A stretch of 64,000 nucleotides of DNA from Octopus vulgaris (lineage: Eukaryota), in NCBI GenBank assembly GCA_951406725.2, contig OX597816.1:131254001-131318000 (forward strand), read 5' to 3'. Shown here in pieces: positions 27,322 to 39,012 of the stretch (its first letter is position 1; every line of letters begins with the position of its first letter). Both the position numbers and the translations under genes were made by a program. The notes beneath the pieces were generated by a model. That model saw only the letters and a program-made list of their open reading frames with translations. It was not told the origin of the DNA and searched no databases.

Positions 27322-28854
27322 CTAGTTGACTGACGGGTAGTAATACCGGACATCGACACTCTGAATGCACACCATTCTTTTAATTTTGATTAAGAATTAT
27401 TATAGTGATATTAATATGAAAGAAATGTTTAAGGAATATATTGGTAAAGATTTCATAAAATTTTATCCATTAGAAAAAAAGATATTTAATTTTAATTCTA
27501 AAATTTTTATTAATTTTTGTGTGATATTAAAGGGATACTACTCCTATATGAATTAAACTATTTCTTCAGTACACACACAACAAAAGATAAAAGACAACAC
27601 AAATCAATACGAAGAGTTCTAATATTTATTTTCATTAGTCTAAATTATTTTTTATAAAAAATGAAATTTTTGTTTGCTTAATTTTTCGTAGTATGGCTTT
27701 TTAAAGTCCATTTTTTAATACATTATTTTAATAACAAGATTATTTAATAAAATATTTTTATCTTTTTGATTTTGTCTCTTTGAGCAGTACTGAATCATAT
27801 AGTTGGGTTGTTCAGAAAAGGCAAATGACAAAAATTCAAATATTTTAACAGTCAATTTTCACTATTTAAAAATTTTCAAAATGGAGTTAATTATTTGCAT
27901 GCTAAAAATGACTTTATTTATAATTTAGTTATTAATTTTATAGTAAATAGAATATGACTATTTGTGGTTTTGTCTCTATGAGTAGTACTGAAGTCGGTAG
28001 CAGGGCTGTTTAGAAAAAGCAAATGATGCTTGTAAATATATTCTTTAAATATATTTTAGTACATAACGTACTGAAATTACAGTACATACATTATGTTCAG
28101 AAAAGGCAAAGTTGCAATGATTTTCATTCATTTTTAATTTAATTTCTAAATGAGAATTAGAAAAATCAAAATTTTGTTTGAATTTTCTTGGAAATTTTTG
28201 AATTCAAAATGACTGCAAAAAATGGTAATTTTATATATTTTTAATTAAAATTTTACTATTACTGCAATGCCTGTAAAAACACTGGACTAGCCAATGAAAA
28301 ATGTGGAGACATACTAACAATATTCTTAACAATTAAACCTGGAAAAGTAGGAAACAAGAAAAACTCATTAAAATTAGAGCTTAAAATATTGCTGCTAAAA
28401 TAAAAATTTAAAATTTGTTTATTAATTCATTTAGTACAAAAAATAAAATTAAGATTAAAAAGGAAAAGTGAAATTAATTGAATTTTTTTTAAAATGTGAA
28501 AAAATACCTACAGGTACTTTTTTTATTTTAATTTTAGCAGCAATATTTTAATCTCTAATTTTAATGAATTTTTTTCTTGTCCTCTACTTCTTCCAGGTTT
28601 AATTAAGAATATTGTTAGTATATGTCTGCATTTTTCATTGGCTAGTAAAAATATATTTCTAACCTTACTCTATAAAGATTTTAATTCTAACTCATAAAGA
28701 GGCCCCATTACACATTATGTGAAAAATTCTAAGAGTCTAAAACCATCTCTGGAACATAAGTAATGTATATTCCCAGTTTGAAGAAAATCAGTTGCGAACT
28801 TCAGAAGTTATGCAGGTTTACATACACACACAAACTGAGTTTTATATGTATAGA
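27322..28854 (-). mobile_element. Non-autonomous Helitron-like element
   Basis: On the minus strand it starts A|TCTATACATATAAAA followed by a (TG)n tract. It ends with the hairpin CCGGTA-TTAC-TACCCG about 9 nt before CTAG|T. No TSD is seen, and it is very AT-rich with internal inverted repeats. Confidence 0.65.
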
Positions 28855-29402
28855 TAATATACTACTATTCAATCAATCAAAATTCCCTTCCCTACAATAA
28901 ACTTGCCTTGTGTTTAATCATCGTCATCTTCTTTAATCTGAGGCAGTTCAATCCCTTCTTTTTCAAAAGAACAAATAAAAATAATCCTTCCTAATTTTGG
29001 CACAAAGCCTGACATTTTGGGGGAGGGGGTCATCAATTACATCAACCCCAGTGCTCAACTGATACTTATTTCATCACCTTAAAAGGATAAAAGGTAAAGT
29101 CAACAATGGCAAAATTTGAAATTGGAGCAAAAAGCTAGAAATGCTGCTAAGCATTTTGCCCAGCATGCTAACGATTCAGCCAGCTCCCCATCTGAATGAT
29201 AATATGAGTTTGTGATTTAGACACAAGGCCAGCAATTTTTAGGGGGATGGGGTAGTCAATACCATCAGCCGGTACTTCATTTCATCAACCCTGAAGAGAT
29301 GAAAGGCAAAGTTAACCCTGGAGGGATTTGAGCTCAGAATGTAAATTGTTACAAGAAACATCACAAGGTATTTTGTCTGATACGCTAACAATTCTGCTCA
29401 AT

Positions 29403-29436
<34 letters not shown>

Positions 29437-29621
29437 CGACATATTGTTCTGAATTTTTTTTATGACCCATTAGGGGTAAAAATTGGTTTGTGATTTATAT
29501 TCAAGAGAAGATAAAGAGTTTCTTTTACTTAATCTCAACCAGAAGAGGACTGCTGATACTACTTTCTTTGGTATGTTCAAGTGTGTACAATATTTGTAAT
29601 GTTTTTGAAGCTACAAATACG

Positions 29622-29840
29622 ATAATCCTTTCTACAACAGGCACAAGGCCTGAAATTTGGAGCAAGGGTGCTAGTTGATTACATCAACCCTAGTGCCCAA
29701 TTGGTAGTTATTTTATCAACCCTAAAAAGTTGAAAGGCAAAGTCAACCTCGGTGGAATTTGAACTCAGAATGTAAAGACAGATGAAATGCTGTTAAGCAT
29801 TTTGTCCAGCATGCTAATGATTCTGCCAGCTTGCTGCCTT
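29622..29840 (-). mobile_element. Nin/Deu-domain SINE (also ~365-550, 6325-6515, 9690-9915, 13575-13780, 28985-29190, 29210-29400, 45960-46052)
   Basis: The minus strand has the head aaggcagcaagctggcagaatc..gagttcaaattcc, then a GCCTTTCA.C.TTT..GG.TGATAAAATAA.TACC block resembling the Nin domain. Confidence 0.75.
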
Positions 29841-30562
29841 AGCAACACCTATGATATTAGCAACTGTTTGGAGATATAGTAACAACGTGCATACCAGATG
29901 TATAACTGAAGAGACGGTATATGGTGAAATCATTCCAGATGCCACTTAAAAAACATTTGTATAAACTACTCTACCGACTGTTTGTTGTAGCTGGAATCAC
30001 AGCACTAAAATAACCATGTTGTAGAGCAGGAATCATAGTACTAAAATTAACTGGAGCTGGAACCACATCAATAAAATGCTTTGGGATGACAGTATTGAAA
30101 GATCTATGAATATTTATAGATTTTTTTTCTCTCCCTTCCATTTTTACATGCATGCATGGAATGGTGGAATGGTGTGTGTAGTTATTAATGGTGATTGTTT
30201 TTTACAAATAGACGTCATTCCTATACTAACCATTCAACTGTGAAATAACACAGAGCTTCATTCCCTGCTTACTCCCACACATGCAGTCAAGCAAATTAGA
30301 GTAAGCAAAGTTATGTGCTATGCTCAGAAGCATAATGCAATGATGGTTGTAGGATTTGAACTTTTGACCATATAGTCTGCATTAAACTAGAATTTAGGAA
30401 GTAAAAACAAGAGAAAAACAGGAAAAAAATTAAATCCTATACAGATAATGATTTAACTCGTCTTTGATAACTTTCTTTTGATTTACAGCTTAAAAATTTT
30501 TTAACAAGAAACATGTATATTTTATCATTTCATTTGTCATTAGACTGCAGCATTGAAAGGTA

Positions 30563-30822
30563 TATATATAAAAAAATAAATGCACCCTTTTAAAGCCTAG
30601 CCAGGCTCATGGGCCCGGTTTCAACAGCGTATGTGTTCCCCAGCTGGATGGGATGCCAGTCCCTCACAATGTTACTCATTTTTGCCAGCTGAGTGGACTG
30701 GAGCAACGTGAAATGAAGTGTTTTGCTCAAGAACACAACGCGTCGCCCGGTCCAGGAATTGAAACCACAATCTTATGATCATGATGCTGACATCCTAACC
30801 ACTAAGCCACATGCCTCCACCC
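30563..30822 (-). mobile_element. V-domain-like tRNA SINE inserted into another SINE (family also ~18680-18925, 42765-42900)
   Basis: The minus strand reads gtggcttagtggttagg..gtttcaattcc..gttgtgttcttgagcaaaacac..ggactggcatcccatccag; TSD ttgaaaggta at 30553-30562 and 30823-30832. Confidence 0.75.
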
Positions 30823-30953
30823 TTGAAAGGTACAGTCAAACAAATTGACACTGGTATTTATTTTTTAAGTTTGGTGCTTATTCTATCAGTCTCTTTTGCT
30901 GAACCACTAAGTTACAAGAACATAAACCAATACTTGTTGCCCAACTCAAACAA

Positions 30954-30986
<33 letters not shown>

Positions 30987-31177
30987 CATGACAGGCTTCC
31001 ACACAACTTCTGTTTACCAAATTCACTCATAAGGCATTGGTCAGTCCAAAGCTATAGAGGAGGACATTTGCACAAAGTGCCATACAGTGAAACTGAACCT
31101 AAAACAAAGTGAATTTCTTAACCATGCCTGCATCTGTGTTATGGAATTTTTTTAAAAACAGGAAATATAGAAGTCAT

Positions 31178-31460
31178 GAAGGTGACATTAAAAGCACCCA
31201 GAGTACACTGTAAAGTGGTTGGCATTAGGAAGGGCAACCAGCTATAGAAACCAAGCCAAATCAGACTGGAACCTCGTGCAGCTTCCTGATGCTGTTAGGA
31301 CCAGAGAAGAAGCCAGCTCAACCCACTCTGGGTGAACGCCGACACAAGTACAAGTACAGCTTCCCAGTTTGCCAACTCTGGTCAAACCAGCTAACTCATG
31401 CCAGTAAGGAAAACAGACATTAAAGGATGATGATAATGATTATGATGATCGTGAGGATGA
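31178..31460 (+). mobile_element. RTE LINE 3'-tail fragment carrying a 70-bp nested insertion
   Basis: Tail motif plus (GAT)n; insertion 31287-31356 flanked by cagcttcc duplicates. Confidence 0.75.
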
Positions 31461-32899
31461 TAGCCATAAATTTGTATGGAAGGCATATAATCAATTAAAA
31501 TTATTACTGTTTATTTCTGATATTAATTCTATTGAGCCTTCTTGGATCGAAAGAAGTACTAGAAATATACAACCCTGACAGAATTTGAATTCAGAAACAA
31601 AAGGGCACATCTAAATATTACCAAAGATTTAGTCTGGCACTCAGACAATTCTTCAATTCTACCACAATGAAAACAGAAAATATAAGACAGATAACAATTA
31701 GATCCTTGCTCCAAAGGATAAAGATAATCAAATATAACAATATCAGATGTGATTCAATTTGCAGATCAGCAGCAGCAGATAAAGATGAACCAGATAAAAG
31801 CCAACCATATCACAATTAATTTTCAGACAGTAGTCAACACATGCAATCTAAAACAAACGAGGTTAAAACCAACATTAGCATTGATAATTGAAATGACTAA
31901 TGTTAACTATACTGATGTTAAGCAATGACATACTGAATGCTATTACTGTATCGACCAGACTGCCAGGTGTGGTAATAAACCATTAATCACTGTGTATTCC
32001 CTCACATTGGCCTTCAAATGATGCCACCTTGCTGACTAGGTGGGCAGGCCAACATTCCCACTGAATGGAATGCTAGTCTGTCACAGGGTTACACATTTAC
32101 AGCTGAGTAAACTGAATGATATAATTTTTAACAAAATTATCAATTTACTAAGAACTGCCACTTAGTTGAAAAATAAAATAAAAACCAAGTATAATTGTTA
32201 GTGATTCTCTAAGAAAAGAAGGATAATTTCAAGAAATTGCAAATTATCTCTTGGAATTACATACTTAGGAGGAAATTTGATCTTTGTCTACAAACAAGAG
32301 ATGGCTATGGTTTTCATTTGAGATTCATCAGCATAGCATACTCAAACCTGCTTTGATCATTTGACAAAATATTTATGTAGAAAAAGAGTTAGACTAACCA
32401 TACTGTTTATAAGTACTTGATAAGAGTAACAGAAAGAAAAAACAATGTAAACTTTTAAGAAACAAAAACAATGGCTTGTTATTAATAGCAACTTCAGTAA
32501 CAGACTGACATTTTCATAACAAACAAAAGAAAAGAAACAGTTGGTATTTCCAAACTTTTACTTGCTACTCGAAATCTCAACCATAGACGAATAAAAATAA
32601 CCTGACCTACATTAAATCAATGGGAATCAGTAGCTGGCTTAAAGTTTACAGAATATTAACAACAGAATAGTAAAAATAATTCACATATGTAGAAGTTAGT
32701 GAACATGATCTGAAATACTGACAACGATAGGGAAAGAGAGGAAATTAGGCAAACAGAAGGAGCCATGGTGGAAGCGGAGAATCGAAGGTGACATTAAAAC
32801 CTTGCATAAAGATTTGAGTCATATAGAAGAATGGTCTAAAGGGTAATGGAAATATACTGAAAAAGATGTGAAGGCATATCTTGAAAAAAATACCATATA

Positions 32900-34310
32900 G
32901 AAAAGAATGGGTTCATTAAAACCCTAAAACAACATATTCAAGCAAAAGCACTGAAGGTGCAATGCTACACTGAATGCATATCACAGAGGTTGGTTGAGAT
33001 TGTAGATGTGCAGCAAGGATACAGGAATGGACCAGGATCTGAAAGTGAGCAGTGCTCCCTTTAAAACAAGGGAAAAGAGCAGATTGCAGGGGCATAGGTT
33101 TGGCAAATGGAGAGTGAATGGAAGACATGGATGATGGTGGGTACAAGTATCTTGGAAAGTTGGAGCTGGACAATATCTTGCACAGAGAAATGAAAGACAA
33201 TGTCACTGCTGCATATTTGAAACACCTCAAACATCTCTTAAAGTCAAAACTCAATGCAAGGAACCTTCTGACTACCATTAACATATGGGCTGCTATTGTA
33301 CATTGCTAGTGCACCCATTCTGAAGTGGACGTCAGTGAAGATTGACCAACTCAATCACACTATCCAAAAAACAATAACAATGCATGGTGCCCTCCACCCT
33401 AAGGTGAACGTTTACAGGCTGTACATGAAGTGGGTATGGGTGGACATGGCCTGATAAGCGTACAGGAGAGTATCAACAGTGAGAGAGAAACTTGACAGCA
33501 TATTTGGTCAACATCAAACAAGACCTGCTAAAGTATGCTGCTAATGCAGAAGGATTTACCAACAATGGATTTGAGAGTGCTATTGAATTCTGATCATGAA
33601 AAGCTAATGAGAGAAGAAATACAACTCCACATGGAATTACATGATCAGTTTCATCTTGAAACTAACAACTTAAAAGACGAGGAAGCATCATGGATGTGGT
33701 CCAGCAAATGTGACCTAAAAAAGAGGACTGAAAGCCTGATCATGCTGCCTAGGACCAGGCAATGAATACCAACTCAGTGTAAAGGGATATATATGCCATT
33801 TAAGTGCAATGAATCCCTGCAGAATGTGTGGGAAGAAGGTCAGAAGTGTGATTCACATCATTAGTACTTGTGAAAGTCTTGCACAGAAAGAATACAAGCA
33901 CAGACATGACAGGTCCCTAAACTTTCACTAGCTACTGTATCAGAAGTATGAAAGTGAGATAATGGGCACTTGGGACCAACATACATAAGAAAAGGTAATG
34001 GACAGAAACAGGAAAGCATGATCCTCTGGGACTTTAATTTCCAGACATACAAAGTGCTAAGGCACTGAACGCCAGATGTAGTAGCCATTAAGAAGGACAA
34101 GCAAGAGCGCCTAATAATTGACATGGAAAAAGAGAAAAAGTCAACAAATATGGAGACCTGAAAATTCAAACTGCCAAGATGTGGCAGCTGCAAGAATCAA
34201 ACATAAAGATCATTCCCATTGTCATCGAAGCATTGGGTTCAATACCACCAAACCTGAAGAAACAACTGGACACTTATATTGGATACTGTGCAACATCTTC
34301 AATAATAATG
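32900..34310 (+). mobile_element. Decayed, internally deleted R4/Dong-clade non-LTR retrotransposon (RT C-terminus, CCHC, RLE)
   Basis: Fragments GYKYLG..YLKHLKHLLKSKLNARN..INIWA, LHPK..RLY, LKKRTESLIM, CRMC..HIISTCESLAQKEYKHRHD, ILWDFNFQT, PDVV and IIPIVIEALG; ends in aataataat. Confidence 0.82.
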
Positions 34311-34394
34311 AGAAGGAGAAGAAGAATGCTTTTTTTATTAACCATAAAGGTTAACAAAAAACCAAGCGTGGTATAGGAGGATATAGTGTAAGAT

Positions 34395-34461
<67 letters not shown>

Positions 34462-35104
34462 AAATGAGAGAAATAATAAAAGCAAAAAAAAATTGAACTA
34501 AGTTTGGAGATCTCTGAGGGCTACTCATGAAAACATCATAAAATGACAGTTACCCTCACCACTAAGGCCATGTCCCAATTGTCCATCTGCAATTTACAAG
34601 TGCATGTTCAGAGCAGACCCATTCTCTCAGACCATGCTTGCTACTCTCATTTCATATACCTTTCAACAAATTTGCTGGAAGACAGCACTTCCCTTATATT
34701 CATATATATGGTGGGTTCAGTGTAAACAGTGGACATAGCAAAGGTGTAGTGGTATCACAGGTAGGCAATGAAGAAGACAGCTGTCATATAGGGCAAGTAC
34801 ATAGGGGCAATAAGCACTAAGAGCACTCAGGGGAAATAGATTCTCTTAAATGCCTGGGTGCCTCCCTAGTAGTAGTTGACAGTTTCTGTTACCTAGGCAG
34901 CCTAATTCTGTAAATATAGTAGCCAGAGTAAAAATGTATTGGAAAAGGTTTGGGGAACTATTACCTCTACTGGCAATAAATGCTCTCTCTCTCTCTCTCT
35001 CTGAGTGAAGAGCAGATTGTATACAGCTTGTACCAAAGCGCAATACTGTATGATAACAAGATATTAGCCTTGACTGCAGTGCATTCATGAAGACTAGAAA
35101 GAAA

Positions 35105-36060
35105 TGAAGTGAGCATGATTTGCTGGATGTATACTTCCACAAGGAGGGAAAAGGTTATAAAACCAGGCCAACAAGTAAAGTATACGAGATAGACGAAAGA
35201 TGGAAGGGATACTGGGAGGTGGCCACGGACTTGGAAAGACAAGTAATATTTCCACTAATAAAAACAACAAAAAGACCGGATTTAGTTCTTTGGAACAGAG
35301 ACTGGAGAATGGGAATTTTACTAGAACTGACAGAACCTTGGGAAGAGAACATCGGCAATACAGAGGAATGAAAGGAGAAGAGGTATGAAAAGCTAATCGA
35401 AGAATGCAGAGAACAGGGATGGAATGTCGAATATTATCACCTGGCAGTGGGGGCTAGAGGCTTCATTGAAAAGAAAATGACAACGCTTTTCAAAAGAAGA
35501 TTTGTCTTTTCTAGCCCCGAGCTGCGTAAACTAATAAGGAGAGTACAGGAGGCGGTCAAAAAAGCCAGCTTCTATATATGGCTGAAGCAGGAAGACCGAA
35601 AATGGCTTGAAAGTCATAAACATGCCGACGGGAAATAACATCATTAGGTGAGACAAGCTGACTGACAGGTGACGGTCGTTCAGAAAAAGCGCGGGCTAAA
35701 ACTACGCGCCTTCACTAGTCAGTTATGGTGAGACAGTGTCACGTGACAACTTGCTGGGGCTGCCTGCTGGAGCCTATGCAGCAGGTATTTAAAGGGAAAA
35801 ATTTGACAAGACAGTCAGTCACCGGCTGACACTCGCTGACGATACATCGAAGAGGCCAGGGAACAGAAGAAAGAAGACATGCACCCAACACCAGAGCTGA
35901 AGACACCTCCGAAAGGGGGGGCCCCGCCACGTCAAAATGGTAGAGGAGTAGGGGCCGAAACCAGACGTGGTTCCTCCTGATGATGTCTTGAGCTAACTGG
36001 ATCCTATAAAGGAGCTGTTGTGGTAGCAGACCACGAAACACGGTTGTAATTCCTGTTAAC
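35105..36060 (+). mobile_element. 5'-truncated HERO-like non-LTR retrotransposon (restriction-like endonuclease C-terminus plus ~420-nt structured 3' UTR)
   Basis: Frame 35120-35638 reads RPDLVLW..LLELTEPWEENIGNTEE*KEKRYEKLIEECREQGW..VGARGF..KASFYIWLK, the HERO-type RLE signature. It has one in-frame TGA (35369-35371), probably CGA decay. The 3' UTR is GC/CpG-rich. Confidence 0.85.
35891..36000 (+). ncRNA. Candidate permuted, pseudoknotted hammerhead ribozyme in the HERO-like 3' UTR
   Basis: Core CTGATGA 35977-83, GAAA 35957-60, GTA site 35940-42. Stem I GAGGAG/TTCCTC, stem II GGCCCC/GGGGCC, stem III TGGT/ACCA. Extra 7-bp helix CCACGTC/GACGTGG and a ~14-bp closing helix. Confidence 0.7.
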
Positions 36061-37830
36061 ATGCATTAATGGTGGAGTACAAATGAGGTGAGAGAAAAAC
36101 TGGATATAAAAGGAAACAAATGTAGTGTTTAAAAGACAAGACTGGGCAGGTATGGGCATGGTAAGTGTCAAGTATTGAAAGTGAAATGAAGAGAGAGAGA
36201 GTAGAGAAGACACAGACTAAGTGGTGAAAACTGATCCCAAGACATTGCATCTCATGAAAGAACTGGTAAAGGAGCATGTTGATTGGTGATTTTATATCTA
36301 GCAATGCAAGCATAGCAAATACCATCTTAAAATAAAAATTAATGATAGAAACTGGAATATAATTCAACTGGGCCTTTTACCTACTTTGTAGCTACCAAAT
36401 GTCCATCTGCTGCCTTTCTTGTCTATCTGATACCCTTTCATCTCCCCCACTCCCATCTATTCCCAACACCATGCCACCCTTCATGCTCTCTTACCATCAA
36501 CTATCTCCACAACCCATTACTTGCCCCTTTTTTTCTCAAACCAGCAATAATACAGCAATCACTAGCAACTTTCTTTCCCACCTACCCTCTTTCTCTCATT
36601 ATATTCTGCCTTTACTGCCTATCTTTATTATTCCTCTAGCACTTTTTCAAACTCTCTCTCTCTCTCGCTTTCTTCTTTCCCCTTCTCCTCTTGTTCATCT
36701 TTTAAAATGGCTATCTCTTGAAGTGAACAAATGGAGACAACATCAAATAGTGAATATCTCAGTCTTGCAGAGTTCAAGGCAACCTCACAAGTTCTGGTGC
36801 CGTGATAGAATGTTCCAATACATTCTATAAAGTGGTTGGTGAATAATCAGAGATATTATAAGGTCAAGAGGACCATTTAGGTGACAACTTCTCTGGTGTT
36901 GGTGACATAATAATAAAATGCACACAGTACATATAAATAGTTGGTGTAAGGAGAGTCATTCATCAGTAGAAACCATGCCAAAGTAAAATTCATGAGTAAG
37001 AAGAGATCTCCAACCATGCTTGGGTGTAACTCTGAATGAAAAATGACTCAGACTGTGACAACTGCCCAAAACATGCCAATATGGAAAGCAAATATAAAAT
37101 GATGATACATACAAAATGATACAGAGGAGAGGAGAGAAGACTCTTCAGTCTGGTTAGCAATGTACAACCTCTCTAGTGCCAATGGCAATACAAATTGCTC
37201 ATAGTACACTCTGTACAAAATGGCGTGCACAGACAAGATATGATCCCTGAAAGTTGACTTGCAGGTTATGCTTCTAAGAGACCAGTAATTCCAAATAAAA
37301 CTGACTTAAGATAACCCATCCAAACCACACTAGCATCAAAAATTGAAATTTAAAAATTATGATGATGATTTTAAATAAGAAGATTTTCCATATCTTCTTA
37401 AAATTGCTTTTCTCATTATGATTCTGTACCACCTTATTTTTAGTTATAATGCAATTATATTTGATTTAATAAAATCATCTAGCTTTCATTGGTCCATATC
37501 TACCACAAGTATATTCTATCAACTCCAAGTCTTTAACTATCTAGTATCTTCTATTCCCATTTTATATCTGTACATAAATTGTCTCGGTTGTATCCTAGTC
37601 ATGCCTAATCATATGTACTTTATCTTGCTAAAAAATTAACATGAAATATTCAACATTTCATGTCTCTTTTGATATAAAGAGAAACAATACATACTTCATA
37701 GCTATACAGAATTTCATTTCTTACAAGTTTTATTTACTCTGCCTTTCATTCAGAAATAACTAATCATTGTGACAGCTGGAGGAAATGAAAGAGAGTTGAG
37801 ATCCTTGGTAAATAATGGTGTTGCTATGCC

Positions 37831-38079
37831 AGACTTCAAAATTAACACCACTTCATCATTCTGTTTAACTAAGCAGGTAACTAAGCCAATAATTATAACT
37901 ACTGACTAATATACATAAAAAGGCTATTTGTAGCCATTTTCTTTATATACACAAAATAATATTGCTCTCAATATTGTTCTGCCTCTAAAAGAAATGAATG
38001 TAAACTAGTTATGAGCCATAATTCTTAGTGTGGTTATTGCTTAGTTAAACAGAATGATGAAGCACTAATTTTAAAGTCT
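37831..38079. repeat. Inverted-repeat element (MITE-like)
   Basis: cttcatcattctgtttaactaagca is perfectly inverted as tgcttagttaaacagaatgatgaag, within ~70-bp arms. Confidence 0.75.
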
Positions 38080-38919
38080 CTTAGCATAACTTAATTGGTA
38101 GGTGATTATTCACTAGCTGCCTTTCTGAGATTTGTGTTACATGAGGGCAAGGTGAACATGTTTTTGTTGCTATCAAGTATTTCTTGTGAACTCTGCTTAT
38201 AGAAAGATAGTTAATAACATGTAACCATAAATCTGCACTACAAATAATATATTCCTTTGAATTACAGAACCCCAGCATTCTCATGTCTCCTTTGTTCTCT
38301 TAATTTTCGTTGTTTTTTTGTACTTAGAACATAAACTCTACTAGACACACTAATGTATTCATCCACATCTTTAAGAAAATTAATATGAATAGTTGAATCT
38401 AACAAATGATGCCAAAATAATAATAATAATAACCTGGATTTTAATGGATGTCAAGATGTAGTTATTTATACTTTAGTCAGTTTAATACTCTTTGGAAGGT
38501 GATTTACCCACCAACTTTCACAGCAATCTAACCAAAACAAAATATAAAGTATAGCTGGCAGAAGATACGGAACTAAATCAGTGTTTAGCTGTTGAGACAA
38601 TTATTTTGCTAATCCATTAAGAAGACAATTATTGACATAAAATTGCAAGAGTAAAAAAATATAAGCACTTCTCTATCATTAAGAAAAGATATCAAAAGTG
38701 CTTTACCATCAATAGATATAGACTGAGCTAAACCTCCCTCAAATTACATGTATTACCATCTTAAATAAGGGAAACATGAGATATACTCTAACTAAAAAAA
38801 CAAAAATCTGATCACATCTACAATTTCTTTGAAGATAGATCTGTTTGCTCAATCTAGATTGATCTAGGTTTAAACAAACAAGAGACACAACAGATTCAAA
38901 GTAAGAAAATAATCAATTC

Positions 38920-39012
38920 ATCAGCAAATAATATATACTATCAGCCAAATTAATATATATTATCAGCCAAATAAATATATTTATCAGCAACATATATTAA
39001 CCAGCAAATATA
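38920..39012 (+). repeat. ~21-bp minisatellite (atcagccaaat..atatat) x5
   Basis: Visible tandem units. Confidence 0.75.

Noticed and set aside
35897-35914. CTGAAGA...CGAAA read as a canonical type I/III hammerhead
   Set aside because: There is no stem II between them and no stem I partner. These bases fit the closing helix and the GAAA tetraloop instead.
35915-35976. HDV-like ribozyme interpretation of the same pseudoknot (either strand)
   Set aside because: No P3/L3, P1.1, P4 or catalytic-C junction could be placed, whereas the hammerhead core fits fully.
36011-36050. Second hammerhead-like motif (CTGTT-GTGGT-agcag-ACCAC-GAAAC)
   Set aside because: It lacks CUGANGA and a stem I, and is better explained as a simple hairpin.
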